61,526 bases of DNA from Campylobacterales bacterium (GCA_024277445.1 JAJRVE010000177.1:1-61526), one strand, 5' to 3'; shown: positions 1-10,817, counted from the first letter of the stretch. A program made the numbers and translations. Notes: generated from the letters alone by a model not told the origin.

Positions 1-44
1 AAATACTTTTATACTTTTTATGATTCAAACTTCATCTTGCTTCC

Positions 45-312
45 CTTTCTCTTTTTTTCTCGGAAAAAAGAGAAACAGAAAAACCGCTCGCAACGGCTTT
101 CCCTAAAGGGATTTCCTTTGGTCACAGCCCGATAGCTATCGGGTACCTTCCTTTCAGTCGTTACGTCCCTAAAAACAGTTAACTCACTGTTCGCTCAAAC
201 AGAACTGTTTTCTTTACGGAACTCCACTTCTTACAGTCAGCTTTGCAGATGTTGCGATGGAAGAGCAAGCGGTGACGCATTAATGAATGTTAAAACAGAG
301 TTTTAATCCCTG
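45..312 (+). repeat. Structured non-coding repeat, copy A
   Basis: Aligns by eye to the reverse complement of 347-640 and to 13680-13930. Shared core CCTAAAAAC..AACTC(G/A)CT..CGCTCAAACAG..TGCAGATGTT..GGT(G/A)ACGCAT. Boundaries approximate. Confidence 0.8.
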
Positions 313-346
313 CCCGAATACTTCAGCAGTTCCAATACTCAGCCTC

Positions 347-640
347 GTACAAACCGCTACGACACAAAAAAACCACAACTTATTAGCAGTTAGAGTAGGG
401 ATAAAAGCGAATAGCTTTTAATTTCAAAAGATGCGTCACCTAATGAGCTCTTTTCGAAACCCCTACAGAGCAGAGCGAAGAGAACGTAACTTCGTTAAGA
501 AAACAGTTCTGTTTGAGCGAACAGCGAGTTAACTGTTTTTAGGAGTGCAGAGAACGTAGCGAAGGAAGTTGGTAGCTACCAACCTCGCAGCCGTTTCGAG
601 AGCTTTTTTGCTTACTTTTTTTGCGGCAAAAAAAAGTATG
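347..640 (-). repeat. Structured non-coding repeat, copy B (inverted relative to copy A)
   Basis: 497-543 is the reverse complement of 168-214 at 46/47 nt; 431-440 is the reverse complement of 271-280. Boundaries approximate. Confidence 0.8.
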
Positions 641-721
641 AGTGTATCCAAGAGTAGTAATATTATTAATAAATTATCGAAAGTGCAATAAAAAAGCAAC
701 AACTATCAAAGTAAAGAGGTG

Positions 722-1597
722 TTAGTTCTTCGGAAGACGAATAACTTTAATGTCTGCATTTAACCGCTGTCTATCAAAATAGTCTTTTAAAATAGTCTCA
801 CGTTTTTGCCCCATCAAGGCATTAGAGATCTGTGGACGAATGGACTCTATGTCAGGTGTTCCACTTACCCCTTTCTCTTTGATGTAAAAACTCATAAAAC
901 CACCATTCGGGGCAGGAAGTACTTGGGTGAAGTTGTTGAGTTGGGTGTGTTCTAGTAGCTCTGCTAGACGGGGGTTCATTTTGGTGGTCTCAAAGGTACG
1001 TTCTTCGCTCTTTACTTCAGGAGAGTAAAACATAGGGTTGTCTATCTTCTCTTGAAGGCGGTTTTTGTCTGCTGATTGGTAGATGAGTACGGTAAATGAT
1101 GAGGGTTTAATGAACTCATTTTTGTGGAGTTGATAGTACTCGTTGATCTCTTCATCATTGGGCTGTTCTAGATGTGAAAAAGCGATGGCGTTGTAAAGCT
1201 TTTGGTTGAGGATCTTCTCTTTTATCTTCTCTTTTAGCTTCTTCTCACTCAAGCCTTGTGAGCTTTGGATGGCTTGGTAAAGCTCTATAACACTCATTTT
1301 GTTCTGTTCTGCCATACGTTGAATGTCTTCGAAGACCTCTTGTTTACTAGCGCTTAGGTGACGCTCTTTGATCTCGATGGCTTCGAGCTTTTTACGCTCT
1401 AACATCTCAACGGCTTGTTCTTGAGGGATCTTGTGTTCTTGCATGGCATTGGTGATGTCATACAGTGTAATGGGTTCGTCTTTTACCATAATGGCGATGC
1501 CATCAAGTGTCTGTGCGTAGAGGTTTATAAAAAAGAGTAAAGATAGTAGTAGTTTCAAAGTAGCTCGCTTTTGGTTAAAGGTACAGGTGAAGTGCAC
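722..1597 (-). CDS. SurA N-terminal-like periplasmic chaperone / peptidyl-prolyl isomerase family protein
   Basis: Signal peptide followed by 'DGIAIMVKDEPITLYDI' (SurA-N start) and C-terminal 'YFDRQRLNADIKVIR'. True start may be TTG at 1558. Confidence 0.75.
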   Translation of the reverse strand: MHFTCTFNQKRATLKLLLSLLFFINLYAQTLDGIAIMVKDEPITLYDITNAMQEHKIPQEQAVEMLERKKLEAIEIKERHLSASKQEVFEDIQRMAEQNKMSVIELYQAIQSSQGLSEKKLKEKIKEKILNQKLYNAIAFSHLEQPNDEEINEYYQLHKNEFIKPSSFTVLIYQSADKNRLQEKIDNPMFYSPEVKSEERTFETTKMNPRLAELLEHTQLNNFTQVLPAPNGGFMSFYIKEKGVSGTPDIESIRPQISNALMGQKRETILKDYFDRQRLNADIKVIRLPKN

Positions 1598-1725
1598 CTT
1601 TAATATTTGAGAGGTATTTTACCTACTTTAATATAATGCTACAAGATACTCTACTTATAAAGCGCATTTTTGGTAAAATCCATCACTAATTTTAACGAAG
1701 CACTCTGTGTTTCAAAAGGTCTAAC

Positions 1726-3114
1726 ATGGTTGTTACACGTTTCGCTCCAAGTCCTACAGGTTACTTACACATTGGTGGTTTAAGAACAGCACTTTTATCG
1801 TATTTATGGGCACGTCGTAATGGCGGTAAGTTTGTTCTTCGTATTGAAGACACTGATAAGACACGAAACTCTGAAGCAGCAGCTAAAGCCATTGTTGAGG
1901 CATTTAAGTGGGTTGGTTTAGAACACGATGGTGAGATCACCTATCAGTCACAGCGTGACGAGATCTATGCGAAGTACATCAAACAGCTACTTGATGAAGG
2001 TAAGGCGTATAAGTGTTATATGTCTAAAGATGAGTTGACAGAACTTCGTGAGACGCAGATGGCGAACAAAGAGCGTACCCGTTATGATGGACGCTATCGT
2101 GACTTCGATGGTACACCACCAGAGGGTATTGAGCCGGTTATACGTATAAAAGCACCGACAACAGGTGAGATTGTTATCGATGATGGGATTAAGGGACGTG
2201 TTAGTTTTCAGGCTGAAGATATCTTAGATGACTTTATCATTGCACGTGGTGATGGCTCTCCTACCTATAACTTTGTGGTAGCGATTGATGATGCCTTGAT
2301 GGGGATTACTGAGGTTATCCGTGGTGATGACCACCTCTCAAACACACCAAAACAGATGGTCGTTTATGAGGCACTTGGTTTCGACTTACCAAAGTTTTAT
2401 CATGTACCGATGATCCATAACGCTAATGGTAAAAAACTCTCTAAGCGTGATGGCGCAACGGATGTTATGGCCTATAAAGAGATGGGTTACCTACCAGAGG
2501 CACTACTTAACTTCCTGATCCGTCTGGGTTGGAGTAGTGGTGATCAGGAAATCTTTAGCATGCAAGAGATGTTAGAACTGTTTGATCCTTCTAACATCAA
2601 CAAGTCTGCTTCGATCTACAATGTTGAAAAACTTGACTGGCTTAATGCTCACTACATCAAAAATAGCACTAACGCTAAGTTAGCTGAACTTTTGAAAGAG
2701 TATGGTGTGAATATCGAAGGTCATGACAAAAAAGAGTTTCTGCTTGACGCACTTAAAGAGCGTGCTAAAAACATGAAAGAGTTGGCTGAGCTGATCCCGA
2801 CTATCATCGATACACCCACGTCTTATGATGAAAAAGCGGTTAAAAAAGCATTTAAGGGTAACGCTGTCGAGGTCTTGACAACTTTTGCTGCTAAACTCGC
2901 GGAGGCTGGAGAGCTACACCTTCCGTCTGATTATCAAGCTGAGATGGAAAAAGTGGTTGCTGAGATGGAGATAGGCTTTGGAAAGATCGGCATGCCACTT
3001 CGTGTTGCGCTTTTAGGTGCGATGGGTGGACCAGGTATGGACAGTGTGATGGCGATCATTGGTAAAGATGAGACAATTGCTCGGATTAATAAAGCGGTAG
3101 ATGCGTTAAAGTAA
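1726..3114 (+). CDS. gltX: Glutamate--tRNA ligase
   Basis: RFAPSPTGYLHIGG (HIGH motif) and KLSKR motif. Confidence 0.97.
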   Translation: MVVTRFAPSPTGYLHIGGLRTALLSYLWARRNGGKFVLRIEDTDKTRNSEAAAKAIVEAFKWVGLEHDGEITYQSQRDEIYAKYIKQLLDEGKAYKCYMSKDELTELRETQMANKERTRYDGRYRDFDGTPPEGIEPVIRIKAPTTGEIVIDDGIKGRVSFQAEDILDDFIIARGDGSPTYNFVVAIDDALMGITEVIRGDDHLSNTPKQMVVYEALGFDLPKFYHVPMIHNANGKKLSKRDGATDVMAYKEMGYLPEALLNFLIRLGWSSGDQEIFSMQEMLELFDPSNINKSASIYNVEKLDWLNAHYIKNSTNAKLAELLKEYGVNIEGHDKKEFLLDALKERAKNMKELAELIPTIIDTPTSYDEKAVKKAFKGNAVEVLTTFAAKLAEAGELHLPSDYQAEMEKVVAEMEIGFGKIGMPLRVALLGAMGGPGMDSVMAIIGKDETIARINKAVDALK

Positions 3115-3133
3115 GCGTTTTTTTAATTAAAGG

Positions 3134-3158
3134 TCACTCCGGACTGGATCCGGAATGA
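3134..3158. terminator. Palindrome between convergent gltX and malic enzyme genes (bidirectional terminator or REP-like unit)
   Basis: TCACTCCGGA-N5-TCCGGAATGA, 9/10 inverted repeat. Confidence 0.5.
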
Positions 3159-3170
3159 AAAATGATAGAT

Positions 3171-4469
3171 TTAGATTTTACCGTCTAGGTGATCTGCAAG
3201 ACGCTGAAGTTTTGCTCGGTATGCTTCAAGGTTAAACTCTTTCACACGTGCTACACCATCTTCAACTGCAGCTTGTGCAACAGCACTTGCAACATAAACC
3301 AAAACACGACGATCAAATGGCGATGGGATGATGTACTCTGGACCAAACTCCATATTCTCACGACCTTGTGCCTTTTTAACATGCTCAGGTACGGGCTCTT
3401 TTGCTAATGAAGCAAGTGCTTTAGCTGCCGCTACTTTCATGTTCTCAGTAATCTTTGTCGCACGAACATCAAGTGCTCCACGGAAGATCTGTGGGAAACC
3501 AAGTACGTTGTTAACCTGGTTAGGAAAGTCACTACGACCTGTACCGATGATAACATCAGGACGCGCTGCTTTAGCAACATCTGGCATGACTTCAGGGTTA
3601 GGGTTGGCACAAGCGAAGATAACAGGGTTTTTGTCTGACATCGTTTTGATCATATCACCCGTAAGAAGGTTTGGACCACTTAGACCAAGTACCATGTCAG
3701 CACCAACAACAGCTTCTTCGAGTGTACGGTGTGGTGTCTCGTGAGCAAAGGCCATTTTGTACTTGTTAAGATCATCACGACCACTATGAACAACACCCTT
3801 AGAATCAAGCATAGTAATGTTCTTGATACCAAAGTTTTTGTACATGTTTCCACAAGCGATAGCAGCTGCACCAGCACCGATGATAACGATCTTCATCTCT
3901 TCAACTGACTTACCACTCATCTCCATAACATTCATTAGACCAGCAGTTGTAATAACCGCCGTTCCGTGTTGATCATCATGAAAGACAGGAACATCACAGA
4001 TCTCTTTAAGACGCTCTTCGATCTCAAAACATTTTGGTGCTTTGATGTCTTCAAGGTTGATCCCACCAAAACTGTCAGCAATAGCTGCGACAACGCTAAT
4101 GATTGCTTCGGTATCTTTCGTGTTTAGCTCTATATCAACAGCGTCAACATCTGCAAATGATTTAAAAAGAACACCCTTTCCTTCCATAACAGGCTTGCCC
4201 GCAAGGTGACCGATGTCGCCAAGACCAAGCACTGCTGTGCCATCACTAACAACTGCAACAAGGTTACCCTTGTTGGTGTACTCATAGGCTTTTTCAGCAT
4301 CTTCTTGGATCTCTAAACAAGGAAAAGCGACACCAGGAGAGTAGGCCATAGAAAGCTCTTTTGATGTACTACATGGCTTAGTAAGGAGGGTTCCAGTTTT
4401 ACCTGCAGTGTCAAACTCACCTTGAACGCGGTGATACTCTAATGAATCTTCTTTAAATGTGTTGCTCAT
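3171..4469 (-). CDS. NAD(P)-dependent malic enzyme (no PTA domain)
   Basis: AYSPGVA, DGTAVLGLGDIG, PVMEGK, FHDDQHGTA, GAGAAA and TGRSDFPNQVNNVLGFP motifs. Confidence 0.95.
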   Translation of the reverse strand: MSNTFKEDSLEYHRVQGEFDTAGKTGTLLTKPCSTSKELSMAYSPGVAFPCLEIQEDAEKAYEYTNKGNLVAVVSDGTAVLGLGDIGHLAGKPVMEGKGVLFKSFADVDAVDIELNTKDTEAIISVVAAIADSFGGINLEDIKAPKCFEIEERLKEICDVPVFHDDQHGTAVITTAGLMNVMEMSGKSVEEMKIVIIGAGAAAIACGNMYKNFGIKNITMLDSKGVVHSGRDDLNKYKMAFAHETPHRTLEEAVVGADMVLGLSGPNLLTGDMIKTMSDKNPVIFACANPNPEVMPDVAKAARPDVIIGTGRSDFPNQVNNVLGFPQIFRGALDVRATKITENMKVAAAKALASLAKEPVPEHVKKAQGRENMEFGPEYIIPSPFDRRVLVYVASAVAQAAVEDGVARVKEFNLEAYRAKLQRLADHLDGKI

Positions 4470-4550
4470 AATGTTTCCTATGGGGTAGGTGACATATTAT
4501 GCCACCAAAATATAGACGGAATTTTACAGCAAAGTTAATAAAAAAGAGCC

Positions 4551-7500
4551 TTATATCGCCATCATCATCAATTGATTAATGGTAATGACCACCTCTTTGA
4601 CCTCTTTACGCTCTTCTTGTAGAAGTTTGTTGATCTGTTTGAGAGTCTGGTCATGTGCCTCTTGGTTGTTGGCAATATAACTTTCAAAGGCTATGGTCGC
4701 CTCTTCGCCTACACGTTGGAAACTAATGATCTTTTGTGTGAGGTTGACAACGATATATTCGATGTAGTGCAACATCTGTGCTTTGATCTCTTTATCAGCG
4801 TCGACGTTGATCTTGAGTTCGTCAAGGATGTTGAGGAGTTTCATGATCTTGATCTCTTTGAAGATAAGATAGAAGATGTTGGCAACATTTTCAAAACTGG
4901 TGTCACTGTGCTCTTTGATAATGATCGCAGCAACCGCAAAACGAAGATAGTCAATAGTGCTAAAGAAACGGTTGAAGTGTGCGTTCTCTTTTACGAGTTC
5001 AATAGTCTGCTCATCGGTCTCAATAGTATTTAAAAGGGTGTGTAGACGCTCTTTGTAGTCGAGTATATGAGCAGAGGTGATCTGTTCGGTGTCGAGGTAA
5101 TTAAGCATCCATTTGGTCGAGAATGTCTGCACACGTTCGATACTTCCTAGGAGCTCATACTGTGTTTTTAATGGCATGATATGGTCGTGACGATAGATCT
5201 CATAACGAATGTCATTGGCACCAAACAGGGCGTTACTGATGAGGTATGAGCGGATCTTGTCTAAGAACTTAACGAGTCCTAATCGGTTGTAGTCATGGAT
5301 AAAACTAGCACCCTGTAGGTTAATAACAGTGTCTGCTATGACTGTTGCGATGATCTCTCTTTTAAGTGGATGTGACTTGATCTCATGTTCGTAAACACTA
5401 ACAAAGGACTTTGGAAAGTACTTGTAGAGGAAGTCAGTACTAAAGGTGTCATCAAGTTCTGTGTTCTCCAAGAGAATTTTCTTGATAAAGATCTTACTGT
5501 AAGAGAGAAGTGATGAGAGTACCGGACGCACAATGCAACCCTCTTTCGTCAAGATCATCTTGATGTTGTCTGCTTTAGGGATGTAAAACTCTCTACGGTT
5601 AAAGACAGCAAGGTTTTCACTCAAGATATCAATGGTTACATTAAAGTCATCCAAGTAGAGGCGACTTAAGTGCTCATCCCGTGAGAGTGCAAGTGCTTGA
5701 CGGTAGTTACTCCATAAGACCATGTTGACCACTTGTTGGGTTAAAGATTGTAGGGTCTGGTCGCTCTCTTGTTCGTTAATGAGTTTTTTCTCTTTAAGAA
5801 TGTTAAGTAAGATCTTGAGATTGACCTCATGGTCAGAGGTGTCAACACCCGCTGCATTATCAATACCATCAATGTTGATCTTACCACCACCAAGTGCGTA
5901 CTCTATACGTGCTTTTTGGGTAAAACCGAGGTTTCCACCTTCACAGACAACGGCACACTTAAGCTCAGTCGCATCAACACGGACGGACTCATTTTGCTTG
6001 TCTCCAAGGTCAAGGTTACTCTCTTCTGTCTGTTTGACATAGGTACCGACACCACCATTAAAAAGTAGGTCTACCTTTAGGCATAAGAGCATCTTAGCAA
6101 GTGCCTCTCCACTGAGTACAGATGTTTTAGTATGTAGCAGTGACTTTATCTCTGGTGAGAGTTCGATGGCTTTGTCGCTGCGTAAAAAGACACCACCACC
6201 TTTAGAGATGAGTGCGCGGTTATAGGCATTCCATGAACCATCTTTAGCGACGAAGAGACGTTGACGCTCTTCAAAAGAGGTAGCAGGGATAGGGTCTGGA
6301 TCGATGAAGATCTCTTTATGCGAGATCGCACCAAGCAGTTTAAAGTGTTTGGACTCTAATAGACCATTTCCAAAGACATCACCGTTCATCGAACCAATAC
6401 CAACAACACTAATGCTTTCGTTACGGAAATCAACACCTTTTTCGATAAAGAAACGTTCAGTAGAGCGGAGCGCACCTTTAGCGGTGATACCAAGCTCTTT
6501 ATGTCCAAAGCCGTTAGATCCACCACTAGCAAAAGCATCACCTAACCAGAAGTTACGTTCAACAGCGATCGCATTAGCCACATCACTCATCGCAGCTGTT
6601 CCTTTGTCGGCAGCAACAACAAAGTAAGCATCCTCATCATCATAGGCGATGATATCTTTGTCGCGAACGATCTTACCATCGACACGATTATCAACCATGT
6701 CAAGAAGGTTGTTAATGAAGTTAGAGTAGGTCTTTTTAAAGAACTCTTTAGAGATATCTTGTTTGTCACGATGTATGACAAAACCACCCTTCGCACCATC
6801 TGGGATAATGATGGCATTTTTACCCTCTTGGGTAATCATAAGTGATTTGACTTCGGTTCTAAAGTCCTCATGACGATCACTCCAACGCAGACCACCCCGT
6901 GAGACTTTGGACATACGCAGGTGAATTCCGGAGAACTCTCTGTGTGAGACAAAGGTCTCGATGTTCGGTTGCATCCCTTTTAAGTTCAGCGAAAAGTTTG
7001 CAGTGTCGATCTTAAAGGCAATGGCTTCTCTGTTTTGAAAATAGTTGGTACGTACTAAGGATTGCAAGAGGGCAAAGGAGAGCTTTAAAATACGATCATC
7101 GGTGATGTTTGGAACATCTTTGATATTGCTGTGAACGAATGCTTCGATCTCTTTTAGTTTAGCAGCACGTCCTTTGACCTTTGGATCGAACTTGGCATAA
7201 AAGTAGTGTAAAAAGAGTTTGGAGATGTCAGAATGCTCTGTAAAGGTATGGATAAAACTTCCCAAGTTAATGGACAAGACAGTTTGGTTCATGTAGTCGA
7301 TGAGGGCTTTAAAAAGGGCAAGTTGACGTAGGTTAAAGTTTTGTCGACAGACCAGACCAAAAAGGCGAGATATCTTAATGTTATCGATGGTCAAGGTCTG
7401 GGCGATGACATCTTGGATGTTCTCTTTAGCCGCTTCGATCTTCTCAATGTTGATTAGTTTTAAGTTAAAGCGTTTAAGGTGGATAGCCTCATCATTATGA

Positions 7501-7742
7501 TCAAAACTAAAGGCGATCTCATCAATGATGTTAAATCCAAAGTCATGTAAGATTGGCATGATCATAGAGAGCATAAGTGCCTGTGTTGAGTAGATGCGCA
7601 AAAAGGCACCACTGTCACTGACATGCAGTTGAACAACAACTTTGTCCTCTTTTATCTTCGTAAAGGTCTCTTTTGAAATATTAATATCATCCGGGGTGAG
7701 TAGTTGTGAACAGATAGCGTTCATTATCTCTTTTTGAGGCAT
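4551..7742 (-). CDS. NAD-specific glutamate dehydrogenase (GDH2-type, shortened N-terminus)
   Basis: RGGLRWSDR, GAKGGFV, YFVVAADKGTA, DAFASGGS and EGGNLGFTQ motifs. Confidence 0.92.
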   Translation of the reverse strand: MPQKEIMNAICSQLLTPDDINISKETFTKIKEDKVVVQLHVSDSGAFLRIYSTQALMLSMIMPILHDFGFNIIDEIAFSFDHNDEAIHLKRFNLKLINIEKIEAAKENIQDVIAQTLTIDNIKISRLFGLVCRQNFNLRQLALFKALIDYMNQTVLSINLGSFIHTFTEHSDISKLFLHYFYAKFDPKVKGRAAKLKEIEAFVHSNIKDVPNITDDRILKLSFALLQSLVRTNYFQNREAIAFKIDTANFSLNLKGMQPNIETFVSHREFSGIHLRMSKVSRGGLRWSDRHEDFRTEVKSLMITQEGKNAIIIPDGAKGGFVIHRDKQDISKEFFKKTYSNFINNLLDMVDNRVDGKIVRDKDIIAYDDEDAYFVVAADKGTAAMSDVANAIAVERNFWLGDAFASGGSNGFGHKELGITAKGALRSTERFFIEKGVDFRNESISVVGIGSMNGDVFGNGLLESKHFKLLGAISHKEIFIDPDPIPATSFEERQRLFVAKDGSWNAYNRALISKGGGVFLRSDKAIELSPEIKSLLHTKTSVLSGEALAKMLLCLKVDLLFNGGVGTYVKQTEESNLDLGDKQNESVRVDATELKCAVVCEGGNLGFTQKARIEYALGGGKINIDGIDNAAGVDTSDHEVNLKILLNILKEKKLINEQESDQTLQSLTQQVVNMVLWSNYRQALALSRDEHLSRLYLDDFNVTIDILSENLAVFNRREFYIPKADNIKMILTKEGCIVRPVLSSLLSYSKIFIKKILLENTELDDTFSTDFLYKYFPKSFVSVYEHEIKSHPLKREIIATVIADTVINLQGASFIHDYNRLGLVKFLDKIRSYLISNALFGANDIRYEIYRHDHIMPLKTQYELLGSIERVQTFSTKWMLNYLDTEQITSAHILDYKERLHTLLNTIETDEQTIELVKENAHFNRFFSTIDYLRFAVAAIIIKEHSDTSFENVANIFYLIFKEIKIMKLLNILDELKINVDADKEIKAQMLHYIEYIVVNLTQKIISFQRVGEEATIAFESYIANNQEAHDQTLKQINKLLQEERKEVKEVVITINQLMMMAI

Positions 7743-7797
7743 AGGCTGAACCTTATTAGTAAATTAATGTTTCTGTAATAATTGTACCACACTATGA

Positions 7798-9891
7798 CTA
7801 TAGAACGATCTCTTTTTGTATGAGTGTGGCCTGTGGTTTGTCAAAGTAATACCCTTGTCCATAGGTGACACCAATCTCTTTTAATTTTAGCGCGATCTCT
7901 TTACTCTCAACAAACTCAGCAACGGTCTCTACACCAAGAGTATCGGCATAGTGGACGATGGTCTCTACGGTTTTAAGGTACTTCTCATCTGTGATGATCT
8001 TAGAGATGAGTGAACCATCTATCTTGAGGGTGTCGACAGAGAGTTTAGCGAGGTAAGAGAAGTTAGAATACCCTGTACCAAAATCATCAATAGCGATGCG
8101 ACAGCCATAACTTTTTAAGAGGGTAATAAAGTGTTCAGTCTCTTGGATGTCAAACAGGCTTTCACTCTCAAGTAACTCTATCTCAAGGCGTTTAGCACTT
8201 TCAGGATTCTGCTGGAGTTGTTCTTCGAGCATGACCATAAGCTCTTTGTCGAGAAGATCACGCATGGAGAGGTTGATAGAGAAACGAAAAGGTTCATCTT
8301 TAAAGGCACTAAAGACCTGTTCTATCATCGTCTTGGTGAGCTCTCTGTAGAGCGGTGTTTGTGCTGTTAGGTCTAGAAACTGTGCAGGAGAGATAACGGT
8401 GCCATCGACAGCTATTTGTCGAACAAGGGCTTCATACTTAACGATCTTACCCTTTTGAAAATCAATGATAGGTTGGAAGTAGGGAACAATGCGTTGTTCT
8501 TCAATAGCGAGTGAGAGAGACTGCAGAGTGTCGATGTTCTCCTTGATCTTCTCTTTAAGACCAAGCTCTTCTTTAAAGACAACAATGGTATCGGTCTTAC
8601 TTTTTTTGTGGTGTTTTAAGACCATGTCGGCATTTTCAAGATAAGGTGCTTGGGTGTTGATAGCGATGGTGACAGAGATGTTAATCTCTATATCATTGTC
8701 AACAAAGATAAAGTGTTTAATGCTTTGCGAGAGTGCTTCAGCGAGTGAGTAGACCTTTTTCTCAGGTATGGCTTCGAGTAAGATACCAAAGTCATCGCCA
8801 CCCAGACGGTAGTAGTTAGGCTGATAGGTATCAAAAATAGGTAGACGAATAAGCTGAGAAACCTCTTGCAAGATATAGTCACCAATATCGGAACCATATA
8901 GATCGTTGATATGTTTAAAACCATTGATGTTAATCAGTAAAAAGGTGGGCTCTTTGTACTGCTCGTTTGAGATGGTAGTGTTAAAGCTATAACGGTTGAA
9001 AAGCCCTGTCATCACATCATAGGTGGCACTGTGTTCTAACTCTTTTTTAAGCTGTTTGAGTTGCGTGTTTTCACGCTGAGAACGAAGGAGTAAGAAGATG
9101 ACGGTGGCGAGGGCCGTGATGATTAAGAGGAGTAAAAGTGTGGCGAGTTTGTCGATGAGTAAAAAGTCTGTCTTCGCGATGGTGTTGAACTGCTCTTTGA
9201 TGTTTTCAAGTGAGTTTAGAACACTTTTGTCTTGGAGTATACTAAGTACACGGGTAAAGTCAGGATAGTTTTTTTGTATGTAAGTGACATGAAGTATTAG
9301 TGTGGCGATAAAACGCTTTTGTTCAGGGGTAGTAGATGGATAGTTACTAAGGCTTGAGAGATGACCGTTGATGTGTTGGAGATGGTTACTGTCAAGCAGA
9401 CGGCGCATGTTCGAGAGTTCAGAGACGATGGCGTTGACATCAGCATGCACAGAAGCATTGTTATCAAAGATATGATCCATTTTTTCGGAGTAGTTTAGTA
9501 AAAAGACAAAGGAGTTCTTGATGCCAGCGTTGAGCATGAGGTAGTGTTCCACAGCACTGTTATAGGCTGCTACATCGATACCAAGTTGGATCAAAGGGTA
9601 ATCAAGTGAGAGGTACTGCTCTTCATGTAGTAGGGGTGTGTTGTAGAGCGTAGCATACTCTTGGCTAAGGTTCTGTGTGCCCTCAGATATATCATCTTGA
9701 TTATTGTAACTGTAGAGTGCGCTTTTAAGAAGATCATAACTTAGGGTCTCATAGGTCTTTTCAAAGGCGTGAAAACTGCTAATAACCCCTTTGTACTGTT
9801 GAGAATAAGTACGTTGATGCATGTAGTAATAAACGGTCAATATAATCGATGCGAGACCTAATATAAAGGCGAGTAATAGTTTGTTGTTCAC
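7798..9891 (-). CDS. Membrane GGDEF-EAL protein with an all-helical (DAHL-like) periplasmic domain
   Basis: Two TM helices around a helical periplasmic region; GGDDF; EALVR and DDFGTGYS. DAHL assignment is inferred. Confidence 0.85.
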   Translation of the reverse strand: MNNKLLLAFILGLASIILTVYYYMHQRTYSQQYKGVISSFHAFEKTYETLSYDLLKSALYSYNNQDDISEGTQNLSQEYATLYNTPLLHEEQYLSLDYPLIQLGIDVAAYNSAVEHYLMLNAGIKNSFVFLLNYSEKMDHIFDNNASVHADVNAIVSELSNMRRLLDSNHLQHINGHLSSLSNYPSTTPEQKRFIATLILHVTYIQKNYPDFTRVLSILQDKSVLNSLENIKEQFNTIAKTDFLLIDKLATLLLLLIITALATVIFLLLRSQRENTQLKQLKKELEHSATYDVMTGLFNRYSFNTTISNEQYKEPTFLLININGFKHINDLYGSDIGDYILQEVSQLIRLPIFDTYQPNYYRLGGDDFGILLEAIPEKKVYSLAEALSQSIKHFIFVDNDIEINISVTIAINTQAPYLENADMVLKHHKKSKTDTIVVFKEELGLKEKIKENIDTLQSLSLAIEEQRIVPYFQPIIDFQKGKIVKYEALVRQIAVDGTVISPAQFLDLTAQTPLYRELTKTMIEQVFSAFKDEPFRFSINLSMRDLLDKELMVMLEEQLQQNPESAKRLEIELLESESLFDIQETEHFITLLKSYGCRIAIDDFGTGYSNFSYLAKLSVDTLKIDGSLISKIITDEKYLKTVETIVHYADTLGVETVAEFVESKEIALKLKEIGVTYGQGYYFDKPQATLIQKEIVL

Positions 9892-10817
9892 GGCACATCC
9901 AATATTTTAGGGCGTTCGCCTTCGAGGCTTTTCAAAAACATAACGATGCTTTGGACTTCTTGTTTTGTGATGTCAATACCTAGGTTATGATACGCCATTT
10001 TTTCAATAGCATCGTTGAGTGTTTTTGCACGTGCATCATGGAAGTAGGGTGCACTTAAAGAGATATTTCTAAGCGTTGGTACCTTAAAGACATTTTTGTG
10101 ATACTCTTTTTGGGTCAAGGCATAACGGTCCTGATATTTGGCGTTATACGGATAAGGTCTAAAAAGTCCTATCTTTTGAAATGAGTTAGCACCTACATTG
10201 ATACCGTTATGGCAGGTAATACACCCGAGTGACTTAAAGGTCTCGTACCCTTTTTTCTCTTCTGGTGTTAATGCTATCTCATCTCGAAGGTATTGGTCAA
10301 ATCGACTGTTGGGTGTGATCAAAGCCTTCTCAAACTCTGTAATAGCATCTATGATCTGTTCACTGGTGATTTTTTTAGTATGATAAATCTTCTTGAAGAC
10401 CTCTTTATAACTAAGGTTGGTGTTCAGACGTGCTTCAAGCTCTGTGGGTGACATGTTCATCTCAGCATGGTCGCTGAGTGGACCTTTCGCTTGTTCGTTA
10501 AGGTTCGCTGCACGTCCATTCCAAAACTGCTTAAAGTTATAGACAGCGTTATAAACCGTAGGGGATTGAATGCTCCCTTCTCTGTTGTTCACACCGAGAG
10601 AGACTGCCCTTGTGTCTGCACCACCGTTATCAAAGTTGTGACAACTGTGACAGGAGATGGTTCCATCAGAAGAGAGTTGAGGATCAAAAAAGAGGGTACG
10701 TCCAAGTTTGGCTTTGTCCAAGTCGATATGCTCTAGGGTAGTAGGAAGCGGTGCAATCGGCTCTAGAGCAAAAAGGGTAGAAGTAATAAAGAGAATAAAA
10801 AATAGTTGCGTGTACAT
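9888..10817 (-). CDS. Di-heme cytochrome c peroxidase family protein
   Basis: Signal peptide; CHSCH and CITCH; QFWNGRA; FKVPTLRN. Overlaps the downstream GGDEF-EAL gene by 4 nt. Confidence 0.92.
   Translation of the reverse strand: MYTQLFFILFITSTLFALEPIAPLPTTLEHIDLDKAKLGRTLFFDPQLSSDGTISCHSCHNFDNGGADTRAVSLGVNNREGSIQSPTVYNAVYNFKQFWNGRAANLNEQAKGPLSDHAEMNMSPTELEARLNTNLSYKEVFKKIYHTKKITSEQIIDAITEFEKALITPNSRFDQYLRDEIALTPEEKKGYETFKSLGCITCHNGINVGANSFQKIGLFRPYPYNAKYQDRYALTQKEYHKNVFKVPTLRNISLSAPYFHDARAKTLNDAIEKMAYHNLGIDITKQEVQSIVMFLKSLEGERPKILDVP

Noticed and set aside
1-700. CRISPR array, tRNA or rRNA in the long intergenic regions (also 13613-14378)
   Set aside because: No regularly spaced direct repeats with unique spacers, and no cloverleaf or rRNA signatures.
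4551-7742. Glutamate dehydrogenase as a truncated pseudogene
   Set aside because: It is shorter than ~1600-aa GDH2 enzymes, but the catalytic and C-terminal regions are intact in one frame; likely a natural short form.
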